A stretch of DNA of 64,000 nucleotides from Octopus vulgaris (Eukaryota), in the NCBI GenBank assembly GCA_951406725.2, contig OX597820.1:59148001-59212000 (forward strand). The letters are read 5' to 3'. The notes under the pieces were generated by a model. That model was not told where the DNA came from and searched no databases. It was given only the letters and a program-made list of their open reading frames with translations. The translations under genes and the position numbers were made by a program. Position 1 is the first letter of the stretch, and every line of letters begins with the position of its first letter. This document shows, piece after piece, positions 25,519 to 40,774 of the stretch.

Positions 25519-26253
25519 TCAATCAACCATTTCAAAGTTGGAATCAACGGAAGAGGTCCGGTAAGGGCCTGTGTTTTCTGGCTCGAGTTCTTGAGTCCAG
25601 ACAGCCTGCAGTCTTTCCTGTGTCTGCTGCATTCGTCGAAAGTTCAGAAGTATATTACGAAATACGTTTGATGGCCTATGCCAAGAATTACGAGAGCGCT
25701 GCTGTGTTGTAAACAAATTACTATTGCCTCCCATCGGAGTAGATGGTGCCTGAGGCACTGACATTGATCGGAATATACCTCGGTGAGTTAAAGAACGACC
25801 AGTGCTTTCTCCAAAACCCTGAGGAGCTATATGACTCATCGATCTCTGACTAAAACGTGCCATTGGTGGCATCGAGGAAGTATTTTCTTGTGTTGTATTA
25901 GAGTCTGAAAAAGGAGAGTCTGGTGTACTACTACTGCTATTACTACTACTACTATTATGACTGGTTGTTGTGGTCATTGAAGATAGTTCAGATTCAGCTA
26001 AGTTGTCCGATGCAGTCTGCGGTGAATGGCCATCCGGTTGGTCTTCTTGCACTTGACTGGAGCGACTGCTTGTGTTTTCCTCAGTGTTGCTAGCACTACC
26101 ATCAGGAGAGCTGGAGTGAGAGCCTTGTTGGTGCTGCTCAGAATTATTTTGGTTGACTCGAATACGTGCTTCCAATAGTATTCCTTCATAAATTTCTGCT
26201 TGCTGTTCAATGGCTGGTAATTCATAATGGTGAAAGAAAAATACCATAGTATG
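25519..26253 (-). CDS. TMEM259: Membralin, last coding exon
   Basis: ccag|HTMVFFFHHYELPAIEQQ... matches membralin HSMIYFFHHYELPAI; S/T/Q-rich tail; stop at 25519-25521. Confidence 0.95.
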   Translation of the reverse strand, partial: HTMVFFFHHYELPAIEQQAEIYEGILLEARIRVNQNNSEQHQQGSHSSSPDGSASNTEENTSSRSSQVQEDQPDGHSPQTASDNLAESELSSMTTTTSHNSSSSNSSSSTPDSPFSDSNTTQENTSSMPPMARFSQRSMSHIAPQGFGESTGRSLTHRGIFRSMSVPQAPSTPMGGNSNLFTTQQRSRNSWHRPSNVFRNILLNFRRMQQTQERLQAVWTQELEPENTGPYRTSSVDSNFEMVD

Positions 26254-27623
26254 CTGGAAAACAAAATGACAAAACGACATGCATCAATCCATATTCTGCG
26301 AAACACATTTTAGTAAACAAATAAAATTCTTTTACTACTTTCAGTAATTCAACTTCAGACATGCTGAGGCACAATCAATGATTAGGTTAATTATATCAAT
26401 CCTAAAACTCTAGTATTTTATCTGGTATTCATTTTATCAACCTCAGAGGTAGAGGATGAAAGGTAAAGTTGATAGGGCACACAAAGAGATAGCCAAGACA
26501 GATAAAAAAAAAAGACCCACATGCTATTTTTCATTTGAGGCACCAAATATCCCATTTTATGTCAATATAGTCATGTAGTTCCTCTACAGTAAGAAAACTT
26601 CCTGCTTTGGCCCCTTCTTTCATTTTATCGACCTTTTGCCCCTCATCTCCTAGCATGAAGTTGTCCCCCACAGACACACACCAACGGGGTTCAAAATCTT
26701 GCAAACAGCATGATACTCTTGCTAATACCGGTGGCATGTAAAAAGCTCCCAATGCTGCACACTGGTTGAAAGGACATCTAGCCAGTGAAACCAGACCAAA
26801 GCAGACAGAGGAGGACAATGCAGTCCTTGGGCCCATTGGATCTTATCAAACCATCCAACCCATGCCAAGCATGGAAGATAGACATTAAATGATGATGATA
26901 TACATAGCCTCAACACAGTTTCTCTCTGTTAATTTTCCTTTCAAAACTATGAAAGAAGTCACTCATCGAACTTACTATACACTGAGATTGAACACGCAAA
27001 ACAGATTTCTTCACATGAAAAATAAAACTTCTTTATTTATTTTTTTTTTTCCCCAAAATTTTTTAATGTGAAGGAAGTGGGGCTGCAGCACCAGTGACCT
27101 TTGCAAACTCACCAAGACTGATAAAATTGATGTACATCTTGAATATCTGACTTGTGATTCCTTGTAATCCAGTTTGATGCTAGTAGCAGTAGGTGGGAAT
27201 CTTGAAATTTGTGCTTGCTGAGGCACCAGATATGCAAACTAAGGAACAAGATGTAGTATTGAGTTTCTGCTGATAAGACATCCCTCCAAGGCTTTGTCTA
27301 CAAAGCCCAGCTACAGCACAATTTGGTAGTAGGTCTCAACTTATAAACTTTTACCACATGTACTCTCTGATAAACTTTAACACAACACAAAGGTGAATGC
27401 ACTAGGAATCAGCATGGCAAGAGATCATGCTGGAAGCCTGGACTGAGCTTTTGCAACAGAGTGAACCCTTACTAAAGGAACTTAAGGGCCATGAAGTGGT
27501 GTTAAATTAGGCAGTATGATGGGCCTGCCACTCAAAATGAATTATTGATGTTATATGAATTCAAAATATGAAAAATATGAATAATATGTTATATGAATAA
27601 TTCAAAATGAATTATTGATGTTA

Positions 27624-27791
<168 letters not shown>

Positions 27792-28260
27792 TCACAGTTG
27801 TTTTCAAAAAGTTAATTTTTAACAACAATAACAAAATCACGTCATTGTGAAGTAAATTCATTATATATAAATAAGTTTGTTAATTGCAGAGAAAATAACA
27901 CAGAAATATCACTATGATAGGCTGTTGATCAATTAATATGCGAGAGAGAGGTGGGGGTTAAGTATAGTTAGAACATATGATCTGTAAATCCCATTACCAG
28001 ATAATAGATGTTAGGGATCTGTTCTGAAGATTAGGGTCCTAATTCTGTCAGACGCAGTCTAAGATTTTCAGAAATTATAAAGATATAAATCAATCTTTCT
28101 TCTAAAACAATCTCAGACTATTAACCCACCTGACAGCAGAAAGATCATGATTTCTACATAAAATCACTCCAGTTTACAATGATAAAAATTAGTACAAAAT
28201 CTTAATGACCAAAGCAAAAAAAGCAAAAAAGGAAGTAAAAGAGAAAAACAAAACTGCCTA

Positions 28261-28443
<183 letters not shown>

Positions 28444-28558
28444 TCAAGTAACAGCAATAGGGATGATTTAATGATAGGCAACACAATACCTAGACTCAAC
28501 AAGACACTTTAATAACGGGAAATAACTATCAGAAAAAAACTACCAGTGTGTTTCATTG

Positions 28559-28610
<52 letters not shown>

Positions 28611-29049
28611 CATTTGAAGTCCACCTTTCTATGCTTGCAGGAGTCAGACAGAGTTTATTGAGGTATATTTCCTATGGCTGGATGCTCTTCTTGTTGTTAA
28701 TCCTCATCCGTTTTCAGGCAAAGTAATATTTTCCTTTACCTAGACATGTTTTTCATGGAAGAGTTGTATGGTGACGATGATAATGCTCATTTACAAATAT
28801 CATGTGATGTCTTGAAAAGGGTGTGCATACACGCGCACACACAGACACACACACAATGGGTTTCTGTCAGTTTCCATCTACCAAACCCACTTAGAAGGCT
28901 AGGCTTTGGTTAGCCTGGCGTTATAGTAGAAGACACTTGCCCAATATACCATCAAGCAGAATCAGTTAGTTATCACTATTTGTGTTAAGAGTGAACATAG
29001 GTTTAGTGCACTTGGTGATTACCTGTGAGTTTAACTATGAAGGATTTTG

Positions 29050-30016
29050 AAAGAATAAATATGTTTGTCCAGGAAATTCTGTTTAATTTTTGAAAAAAAC
29101 CCAACTTAGTCTTTTCTAATGTTGCAGTTGTCTTATGAGGAGAATTGTTTGAGCTGTATTCAAAATCAAAGGCAATACTTTCAAACTGGGAAGGACATAC
29201 ATCAAAGATGATCCCAAATCTAAATGACCTTTCATCAACAATGGGTGATGAATATATAGCCAAAGTGGATGCTGCGATCTGTGAAAAATCATTGACTGTC
29301 CACAAAATTTCAAAAGTAGACAAGGCTCAAAGTTCATGCCACAAGACATCGAAAGAAAAGTCAAAGATGCAGCGTATCATCCTTCATCTTTTAGTCATTG
29401 GACTGCAGCCATGCAGGGGCACTGCCCTGAAGGGTTTAGTCAAACAAATCAAGCTCAGTACTTGTTTCTTATTATAGTGGTCTCTTTTGTTGAAGCACTA
29501 AGTCATGCGAGTATAAACAAACCAACACAGATTGTCAAGTGGTGGTGGTAGTGGTATAAACACACACATTTGACAGGCCCCATACAACTTCCATCTACTT
29601 AATTCACTCATAAGGCATTGGTTGGCCCAGGACTATAGTAGAAGACACTTGTCCAAGGTGTCTTACAGTAGGACTGAACCTGAATCCATGTGATTGCTAT
29701 GTGAGCCTCTTAACTACACAACCATGCCTGAACAAAAACAGCACCATGAAATCACAGTCAGTAAGAAGCTGTTGGATCAATTGAAAGTTGATGAAAACCT
29801 TCTGAAAATATGTCATAACTGATGACATGTGGGTGTATGGCTTGTAACTGTGGCCAAAAACCAAAGTATATCAGAGCTACTCAAAAGTGGCAGCATGGCT
29901 GTGTGGTTAGAAGTTTGCCTCCCAACCCCATGGTTCTGTATTCAGCCCCATTGCATGGTACTTTGGGCAAGTGTTTTCCCAAAAGCCTTGTGAATAGATT
30001 TTGTAGACAGAAACCC

Positions 30017-30054
<38 letters not shown>

Positions 30055-30746
30055 CGCACATGTCATTGTTTGTCCTCCATCACTGCTTGACAACTGATCT
30101 TGGTGTGTGTACATAACATAGCGGTTTGGCAAGAGACCGATAGAATAAGTACAAGACTTTAAAATTATGAAAAAAGAAATAAGTACTTGGATTGATTCAT
30201 TTGACTAAAACTTCTTCAAGGCAGTGCCCCAGCATGGCTGCAATTTAATGACTGAAACAAGATAAAAGATAGATGATGATGATGACTGCTTTTGACTGGA
30301 ACATCATTCACCTGACTATCAAGTTTAGAAGATAAGGGAGTCGTCCTGAAGTATTTCTGATAAGCAGTGTGAAGGAAACCTGGATGTTGCATCATAAGAA
30401 TGCAACATCAACTCATGCTTCAGTCCATATCTGTGGTTTTTCAGTAAAGCACGAAAGGACTCTCCAACCTCCAATTTCCCTCCTCTCCAAATTAGACCTC
30501 CACAAACTTTTTTTGTTTCAGATGTTGACTCTGAATAGCTAACTAGTTTAGAAGCTAGAAGAGATCAAAGGAAATTTGTACAAGAAATGCATGCTGTCCC
30601 TGGAAACATATTAGAAAGAGCACTGGGAGTAGTGTATCAAGAGTGGAGGGAGCTAGTTTGGAGACAAGTCTCATTTAATTCTAAGTAAAGCAATAAATTA
30701 TTTTTCTTCTTTAAAATATATGGTTCCTTTTTCGACAAACCTCATA
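29050..30746 (+). pseudogene. Decayed mariner transposon split by two SINEs (~29372-29730 minus, ~29890-30270 plus)
   Basis: Relic motifs in order: FKLGRTYIKDDPKSK*P (DDPRSGRP), VITDDMWVYG (TGDETWVYGY), WMLHHKNA (LHHDNA), FLF, and WE*CIKSGG. TIR-like end tttttcgacaaacctcata. Confidence 0.8.
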
Positions 30747-32189
30747 TCTACATTACTGAAAAAGTAACATCACTTTTGTGTGTGCATGTGTGTATGCTTT
30801 GACCGTCATGTTCAACAATAGTTTGAAGGCAATAATCTCTGACATCTTTTTGTAATGGTGTCTGTGCTTGTGTAGGATTTCCTAGAAATCGATTTACTTT
30901 GGTACTCCCATTCTGATAACATTACTTTCATTTTATATTATTTGCGTTTATCATGGTGTGCATTTGTAAGGAGAGGTATTTTAGGTTTTCGAAGAAATCT
31001 AATGAGAAACATTCAAATTCCTTTGATAAAAATTATATGATAAATACTTTATTTTACTTAATTTTTTTCCAAATTCTTACACGTTGTACTATTAGTAATG
31101 AAATTAACCTTTCTGTGCATTATTTTACTTCTCTGTGAAGATATACATTTTTAGGGAGTGTTACTTTTGTTCCAGTGAGAAAACTTTTTTCTTTATTACT
31201 ATTACAGATGCAAATGTAGCTGTTTGTTTCCCAAACACATATTTTCTGGTTCAGTCTCACTGCATGGTGCCTTGGGCAAGTGTCTTCAGCTATAATCCCA
31301 GGTTAATCAAAGCCTTTTGAGTGGATTTTATAGGCAGAAACTGAAAGAAACCTGTCATATATCAATACTTTAAGCCCACTTTTCTATGCTTGCATGAGGT
31401 AGATTTTCTATGGCTGGGTGCTTGTTGCCAATCCTCACCTGTTTCCAAGTAAGAGAATATTTCTCTATCACCAGATATTCTCACAGAATATTGGAAAACA
31501 AATGACACTACTTCTATGATAGCGAAAATCATTTTACAACTATCACACATTGTCAAGACAAAAGACACACACACACACACACACACATAAAAGGCTTCTT
31601 TAGGTTACCATTTACCAAATCCACTTGTCTTGACATTGCATTGTAGTTGTAAATGATTGTCACTGTATTACAAGCGGTATCATTCATTTTCAATACTCTG
31701 CAAATTGGAGCCTGGTGCAGCCATCTGGTTCACCAGACCTCAGTCAAATCGTCCAACCCATGCTAGCACGGAAAGCGGACGTTAAATGATGATGATGATG
31801 CAAGAACATGTCTGGCCAAAAGAAATATCACTTTACTTGGAAACAGTTGGAGGTTGGCAACAGGAAGGGCATCTGGCTGACCCATGAAAGCACAGAAAAG
31901 TGGACATTAGAGGATGATGAAGATGATGTAATAAGTGATAAGAAATTTTTTTTTTACAGTCAGCAACACATTGCTAAGTGTCATAATTAGCTCTTATTAT
32001 ACACTGTTGGGTCAAGCCAGACTTTAAATTTCCTATAGATAATGGATTCAGAAACAGCAGGCATTCAACCTGCAACTGAAAGAAATAGTAGCAAATGGTT
32101 TGATATTGTTTTCTATAACATGATCATTTGCAAAGAATTAGTCAATAGAATCAGGACTATGATCCATTGTTCTTTGTACTTTTGTTCCT

Positions 32190-33050
32190 AAGAGGAAAGA
32201 AATTTTGGAATGTGATGCACATGGGTGTGAATTAATAAAAGAATGCTGAAGGAGTATAATGCATACAAGAGGATGCATGGAGCGAATGGTTTTAAATGTT
32301 TCAGTTAAGAGGCAGATGATCACAAGAATACATTTTCAATAGCCATTGCAATAAAGACTGACATCTCCAATGGGTTGGAAAGAAGAAGAAGGAACTAAGA
32401 GTAAAATGCTATCACGGTTTGAAGGATCAAATGCAAAGTGACAATCTTAATGGTTGTAATGATAGTTATGGTATGCTTCCAAAATCCTTTATTAAGGAAC
32501 TTAGGTTCTACAAAAGAAAAAAAACCTTGATGCTCTTATCAATTCTGCAGATGAAGAAATCAACATATTTGATGGAGAAACCATTTGCAAAAGCATTGAT
32601 ACCCCACAAAGGAGACAAAATGTGTACAATTTTCCAATGCAGTTGCTAAACAACTGTAATTTTGATTAAGTGACCCCAATCCCACTGCATACTTTAACCT
32701 TGAAAAAAGAAAGTGTTGTTATGCCACTCCAGAATTTGAATAAGGCTACTAGGTCTTGTAATGAAACAAGAATTCAAATAACTCAATTACATGAATGCAT
32801 GGTTGAAGACAACATTATTACAGTAATATACAAACATACTACTACACCATGGACTAAAGGGAGTATTACTCTGTTACTGTGCCTCTCACCCTGATATAAT
32901 TACAGCTTCCAACCTGAGCGGTTTTCACAATGATAGTCAATAAATCTAAATGTCAATCATTAAGTAAAATAGGTTGGACTGACTTATTTGTTATGGATAT
33001 AAGTAGCTCAGTCACAAATTACACCAAGTATTGCAAGTTTAAGGACAATG
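32190..33050 (+). pseudogene. Decayed Helitron Pif1-helicase fragment
   Basis: KSID..YNFPMQLLN..PLHTLTLKKESVVMPLQNLNKATRSCNETRIQITQL, then FTMIVNKSKCQSLSKIG (cf. PPHxLxLKxGxPIMLLRNL...LCNGTRL and FAMTINKSQGQ). Confidence 0.85.
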
Positions 33051-33140
33051 TTGAAAAAAGAGAAAAATAACAAACAATGTATACACTAAAGATTTCCAAT
33101 GTTTAACTTATATAACTTTCAGACCAACCAGATTTTTTAA

Positions 33141-33190
<50 letters not shown>

Positions 33191-33444
33191 CAAGAGTACA
33201 CAAGAGAGACAGAGACAGGCAGAAACAAGAAAAATGCCACTTGTATTTGAACACTATGCAAATATTCTTTTAAAAAACTTTTCTTTTAATTTTTCCAAAA
33301 TTTAATTGTTTTCCATACTTACAGTTGAAAAAGTCTCAATGACTGAAACTGATACTGAAATGTTTTTTTATAAAATTGTTTTAGCATTTTCTACCTTGAC
33401 ATTTTTTTCCCATTCCCCCTCCTTAACTCCTTTGTTCCTCTTTT

Positions 33445-33975
33445 TCTCTCTCTTCTCTTCTCACGTGACCGATAGGCCAGACTGCTAGCCTTCTTTTTGC
33501 GTCTGACTGTGGTCACTGCCACATCGATACTTTTCCCTGTGTTTGTGAAAGTTTTGTATCCCTGCCGTAAGGCTTCATTTCCACACACGCCAGCTAAATT
33601 CAATTCGTCCCCAGTCAAAAGACACCTGTTGTTACGTTCTGTTATTATTATTATTTTTAATTGTATTTTGTATTTATATTCGTGTAACATCGTCTGTTTT
33701 TCCGTCCTTGTTTTCGTATACATTCAATGCTTTCTTCCAAGGAATCTAATGCTCTTAGCTTAGTTTTTCCTTGGGGCTGGCCAGATTGGAGCAATCTCAA
33801 GATTAATCAGCCGAAATTGCGAGGATGATCTGGTTCTTAACTGACGATAGAAAGCTTCAAATGACCCGTCCTTGTTTTCTTTGTATCGTCTATCTGGATG
33901 TTTTGTTGTCCCTTTTTGTATCACCTAGTTGTCCGGATGTTTTGCGTTCTTGTCCCATTTTGTATTTTATATATA
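33445..33975. repeat. Unclassified CpG-rich interspersed element
   Basis: Abrupt compositional change, internal duplication of ccgtccttgttttc (33702 and 33866), ends in (TA)n. Confidence 0.4.
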
Positions 33976-34559
33976 TACATACATAAGTTTTCATACTTAT
34001 AACATTTCACTCTAAATCATTAATCTGTATCATCAACAGCTGCTGAGCACATTTTCAGCTAGTGTTAAAGATGAGTGAACTAAATTGCACTGAAGGAGTG
34101 ACAAGTATGAAGATGTGAAGAAGAGAGAGATGTTTAGAAGACAAGACAAATAGGGAACTAAATTAACAGCATCGATAATAGTGAAAATGGTAGTAGAGAT
34201 GATGATGATGATGATGTCAAGGACAGCTGCAAAGGCAATAATTCTTTCTATTTTAGGCACAAAGCCTGAAATTTTGGGAGGAGGAGTACGGCTGATTACA
34301 TCAATCCCAGTGCTTAACTAGTACTTATTTTATCAACTCTGAAAAAATTAAAGGAAAAGCCGTTCTTGGTGGAATTTGAACTCAGAATGTAGCAATGGGC
34401 AAAATGCCACTAAGCATGCTACCAGTTCTGCCAGTTTGCCACCTTTAGAAAGGCAATAAGAATAGCAGTGGTTAGGAGTTCTCTTTTACAAACACAAATC
34501 TGAACAGACAGGAATAGAATCATTGCCACCACCTACTATCATTATTAAAGACTGGAATG

Positions 34560-34772
34560 GTATTAAGACAGTGAGCTGGCACAATCGTTAGCATGCCAGG
34601 TAAAAATGCTTAGTGGCATTTCGTTCACCTTGACATTCTGAGTTTAAATTCCGCTGAGGTTGACTTTCATCCTTTCGGAGTCAATAAAATAAGTGCCAGT
34701 TGAACACAGGGGGCGATGTAATCAACTCATCCCCTCCCACCAAATTGCTGCCTTTGTGGCAAAATTTGAAGC
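34560..34772 (+). mobile_element. Family-A SINE with a 20-bp TSD beside an exon donor
   Basis: cattattaaagactggaatg at 34540-34559 and 34773-34792. Confidence 0.88.
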
Positions 34773-34808
34773 CATTATTAAAGACTGGAATGACTGAAGC
34801 GATGTCTA

Positions 34809-34916
<108 letters not shown>

Positions 34917-35837
34917 TCAAAAAATTAAACAAATAACCTCAAATGAGAAACAGAACGTCACGGAATTTCACCTCTGAGTTTCTAACATGAGAAGGTGGTA
35001 TATCTAGAATTTTCTCAGGAGACGTCAATGACAAGTCTTTCGCATTTCTCAGTTGTTCTGGATTTGGTGATTGTAGTAAGATATTTAAGGAAGTTATGGC
35101 CATTACATTGAGAAGGTTGAATTTCTGTGTAGAAATTTCACACAGAATGAAACTCATTCATTGGCTTAGTCTATCTTATTCACCTCCACTGATGACACCA
35201 TGCCAGTCATTGAATCATGCAAGAATAGACCAGATCCAAACACACACACACAGACATTTTTTCTCTCTCTCTCTAAATATTACAACATCAAGGCCTGAGC
35301 ACAGCATTTATTTTCAACAGGTATTTTGTTGATAGCATTAAAAATATAAATGCCAGCACTGAATCTTATTGAGTAAATATGCCATTTGATAGCTAATGAT
35401 AGAGATTTTACATGACCATACGATCTGATAGAAATAAGAGCCAAATCTTCCTCAAATCACAACCAAGTATCTTAGGAAGTGACAACCTACAACTGAAAAA
35501 CAACACATCCACTAACATAAACACCATTACCCTATATGAGAACAGCATCTATATGCCCATTTGACCTGCTGTAAATAGCAGCCCCCCCAAAAAAAGAAGA
35601 CAATATATTGAGGAATGCAGGAATGTCTGAATGCACGGCAACATGATCATGGCAAGAATGTCTTTCATCATAGGTTTACTAGATTAGGGGATGATCTAGG
35701 TATCAATAAATTACTTCAGTTAAGTCATATTTTATGAGAATGAACTGCAATATGCTATCTTCACCACTTCAGGGAGGATTGATAAAATTAGAACTGGCTG
35801 AGGATAAAGAGAAAGCAAAATATATTGACTGACTTAC

Positions 35838-35895
35838 CTATAAACATAAAAATCTGTCGATGTGAATATCGTAGGAGGGTTGACACAGATACTGT
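35838..35895 (-). CDS. TMEM259: Membralin exon
   Basis: TVSVSTLLRYSHRQIFMFI(V); phase 0 to 1. Confidence 0.96.
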
Positions 35896-37646
35896 CTGTT
35901 GAGAGAAGAAAACATACAATATTTAGACAACCTCAAAAGCATAAATAGATTTGAGTATAAAGTGCTGAACTATTAACTGCATGGTCATGAACTCAAACCT
36001 TAACTATAGCAGCTGTTTAGTTGCACTTCCAGCTGCTAGTATGAAAGAGGTTCTGCTCTTCACGGATGACTGATTAAAGGTTAGAAGAACAGTCTCTCCG
36101 ACATGATACAAATGTCCCAATTTATAAACACTATCTAGATGCAGGCATGGTTGTGTGGTTGAGAAGCTTGCTTCCTTACCATGTGGTCTTGGGTTCAGTC
36201 CCACTGTGCAGCACCTCAGGCAAGTGTCTTTTACTACAGCTCCAAACCAACCAAAGCCTTGAGAGTGGACTTGGTGCATAGAAACTGAAAGAAGCCTGTT
36301 CTGTGTGTGTGTGTGTGTGTGAATGATCTTGTGTAGACCATGGTGGTTATAAATGAGCATCATTGCCATATAAGTGAGGTTATTCATTCCTAGTCTTCTG
36401 TAAAAAAACATCTAGGAATGGGGAAAATATTACCTTGCTTGGAAACAGGCAAAGGTTGGTGATCCAACCAGAGAAAATCTATCTCAACAAATCTTGTTTG
36501 ACTCTTGCAAGCACAGAAAGTGGATGTTCAATGATGAGGATATTCAGATCCTACTGATACACAAATAAGGATCTTGACAAGTGAAGAAAACTCAGTGTAA
36601 AAATTGCTTTAGCTGAAAAATTTGGGTTCCAGAAGCATCAGTTTTGCCCAAAGAACCATTGTTAGATAATATTAAACCAAACAGGAGAAATGTTCATGGA
36701 GACTCCTTCCAAGTAGTGGTCAACCAAAGAGTTGAGTGAAGATGTGACTTCATTCACTTGCATCATCATTACCATTATCATCATTCGTTATAATAAGGTC
36801 ATGTATATTTACTCATACCAATATCTAATGCAGACATTGTCAATTAAACATATATATGCAAAAGAAAAATTATTAACATGAAACTATTAATCAGATAGCT
36901 TTATATTATTTTATATCAATCCATATCAAATCTCAATAGTACACACACTTGACCAAAAACTGTTTCTACTTAATTCAAAAGAAACCATCCATTGTACATT
37001 CAGTTGACCCACAAAAACCACATATTGCTTCCTCTACAGTTCTACACATACCAACCCACTATATTTACTACAATTCTATAAAAACATAGCATCCACTCAA
37101 GTCTCACATGCCACTGTATTTCCTCTACTCTCATATTTCATACAGTTCTACATCAATTGTTCCAGTGTATTTTTCAGTCTTTTTCCCCATCTACACAAAA
37201 CCCCTTTTTTTTCATTTAGAAGTATTCATTTCTATATGTGATTCTTTCATTTTAATTCTTCTAAGCCCAGAATGAGACAACTAAGTGCAGCTGTTTGTAT
37301 GTTGACAATTTAGCACAGCTGACTGAACATTCACCCCGTTTGGAGACAGTACTTTTTGGTGCTGGAGGAAAACACACATGCAGAGGGAGAGTGAGAGATT
37401 AAAACATCTGATGTCAAATAAGCTATCACTGAATTAGTGAAACCAAACAGGTGTCAAAAGCCAGCTGTGCCAAAATGTCTTGTACTCATCTCACCCAAAT
37501 CAAACTCAAACTAATCATCACTGCTCTGCCCAACAAGTGTTTGTATTAGCTGTATGTGCTTTTAGTCTCTGAAGGATGCTATGCAAAATAAAGAACTGTT
37601 CATGCACAGGAATAAATAGCAAGGTGGGGTATAGTAAGAAACTTAC

Positions 37647-37747
37647 AAACAGAAACATAATGAGCGCAGCAGCCATGTAAGAAGAACGAGTCATCCACAT
37701 ACTGACAAACTTGTAGTGTTCTCCTGTTACTACATTGCGTAGGAAAC
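37647..37747 (-). CDS. TMEM259: Membralin exon
   Basis: (G)FLRNVVTGEHYKFVSMWMTRSSYMAAALIMFLF; phase 1 to 0. Confidence 0.97.
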
Positions 37748-38406
37748 CTGCAGAAAAGACAAGCAGAACAGATATTAAACATGAATAAAATGATCAACAA
37801 TATGTGGGTCACAAATGTTCTAAGCACATACTCATTTTAGGCCAACAATATAGAAGTCATAGAGGTTCTAGTGGCATATTCCATTAGAAACAAGAGAAAA
37901 CATTTATCAATACAACAAAGTTCACATGTTCCATCTTTGAGAATGTTTGAACCAAGCATTGACTCAACACTCCTCAGCAAATCAATTCCCCATGTCTATT
38001 TTTGCTCCATAGAACAATTTATGACCAAGGGCATTCCAGGCATTACTAATTCATTCAGGATAACATTACTAATAATCCAGGATAACATTAACCAACAAAC
38101 CTTTTCTTATTGTCCAGACTAATTCACCCAACATTCTCTAATGTGTCTTTCCTCTTCTTTTTAGGGTGGTAGGATGTGATTGCATATGTGGATATGTAAT
38201 GCTTAAGGGTGTTAAATACTCCAGCTTTGCATAGTTAAACTACTGACTTGTAGTGAGGGTCTCATAAGGCTAAAGGCCAAAGGATAAAACTGAAATGAAA
38301 CTAGGTGCAGGCATGGCTTTGTAGTAAGAAGCTCGCTTCCCAGCGACATGGTTCCAGGTTCAGGCCTACTGCATGGCGCTTTGGGCAAGTGTCTTCTACA
38401 ATAGCC

Positions 38407-38450
<44 letters not shown>

Positions 38451-40067
38451 TACAAGTGTGTGTGTGTCTGTGTTTGTCCCCCGCCATTGCTTGACAACTG
38501 ATGTTGGTGTGTTTATGTCCCCGTAACTTAGTGGTTTGGCAAAAAAGACCAATAGAATAAGTACCAAGCTTACAAGGAATAAGTCCTGGGGTCAATTTCT
38601 TTGACTAACACCTTTTAGAGTTATGCTCCAGCATGGCTGAAGTCAAATGACTGAAACAAGTAAAAGAATAAAAGGAAGAATACCATACAGTAACACATTG
38701 TGGGGGAATGTTTGTCTGGAACCTCTGACATCTTTTGACCACCTGCTATAGGGACCACAACTCTTACCAATTTTGACTTGTTCTTGCCAGTGAGAAACTT
38801 TTGTAGCTCACTAAATGAGTATTGCTATCATCATTTAAGGTCCGTTTTCCATGCTGGCATGGGTTGGGCAGTTTGACAGGAGCTGGCAAGCCAGGAGCAA
38901 CACCAGGTTCCAGTTGTGAGTTTTGGTTTGGTTTCTACAGATGGAAGCCCTTTCTAACACCAACCAGTTTACAGAGTGTATAAGTTGCTATTTATGTAGC
39001 ATCATCACCAGTGCATTTTACATGGCACCAGCACCATTGCCCTTCATGGGCAAATATTACCAAGGTGGTTTTAGGATATCAATTCTGTTTTGTTGTGGTG
39101 GGCAGGTCATCTTGAGTAGAGCAATGTACCATATATCTCAGTCCTTTACCATCTCTTTTGAAAGGCTCAGCATTTTGTGATTGGCCTTTAAAAGCTAATA
39201 ACTCTCCTGCAACAAGCCTTCATAATTATGTACATCTACTCTTTCAAAGAGATTCCTGGTGAGCAGCAGATATTCATGATTGCTAAAGATAGCTGAGAGA
39301 GTGTGATTTAATGGAAATTTGGCTGTTATATCAAGCAAGTCGAGTGGCCATGTAGGTGCTCACTTACTGATTCATACAAGAAACATTTGTTTCACGTGGA
39401 AGAAAATTAATTATGCAGTACACTGTAATGTTTAGCTATGTAAATTTAACCATGTTCTAAAAGTAATTTTGAGAGTAGTAGGCATGGACGTAGTTAAGAA
39501 GTTTGCTTCCAAATCACAATGTTTTAGGTTTGGTCCCACTGTATGGTACTTTGGGTAAGTATTTTCTACTATAGCCCTGAACCAACCAAAGCCTTGTGAG
39601 TGAATCTGGTAGATGGAAACTGAAACTGTATACAAGTCTTATTTTCAATAACTTTTTTATGTGGTAACTCTTAGTAAGTACTCTCATGTTTTTTTTGTTT
39701 TCAAGTTATTTAGTTACAGATGGGAACAGTGGCCAGTGAGTTTTGCAGCCCTTCTCAAAATAATGAAATTAGTATTCAGATTCAACTTTCATTCTTTGAC
39801 CATATTTTCCCTATAGGAAAATCATGATCAGGAATCAAGTCAGCAAAAAAAAGGATCTATATGGTTGCTTGACTTTTTAGAAATAACAGCCAAAATCACC
39901 CACAAATTGTTCCCTATCAGCTTAAAAATACAAACACACATCACCTCAATACAATGTGGGACAGCGATAAGAGACGAGAAGGAGGCAAGGACTCATACTA
40001 TGGCTCATACTGTGAACGCAAATGGGTTGAATGAAGCTGATTATGATGGTGCTTTGCTTGAAATTTA

Positions 40068-40307
<240 letters not shown>

Positions 40308-40387
40308 TCACAGAAAACATACAGACAAAGGGAAAAAGAAAACCAAAGATTAGTAAAACATCAGAAATATAGTCTTTCAAGATATTT

Positions 40388-40774
40388 AGGCGTAGGAGTG
40401 GCTGTGTGGTAAGTAGCTTGCTTACAAACCACATGGTTCCGGGTTCAGTCCCACTGTGGGGCACCTTGGGCAAGTGTCTTCTACTATAGCCTCAGTCCGA
40501 CCAAAGCCTTGTGAGTGGATTTGGTAGACGGAAACTGAAAGAAGCCCGTCATATATATGTATATGTGCGTGTTTGTGTGCCTGTGTTTGTCCCCGCAACA
40601 TCGCTTGACAACCGATGCTGGTGTGTTTATGTCTCCGTAACTTAGTGGTTCGACAAAAAAGAGACCAATAAAATAAGTACTAGGCTTACAAAGAATAAGT
40701 CCTGGGGTCGATTTGATCGACTAAAGGCAGTGCTCCAGCATGGCTACAGTCACATGACTGAAACAAGTAAAAGT

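Noticed and set aside
40388-40460. tRNA genes at SINE heads
   Set aside because: A/B boxes are present but there is no complete cloverleaf, and the sequence runs into SINE bodies.
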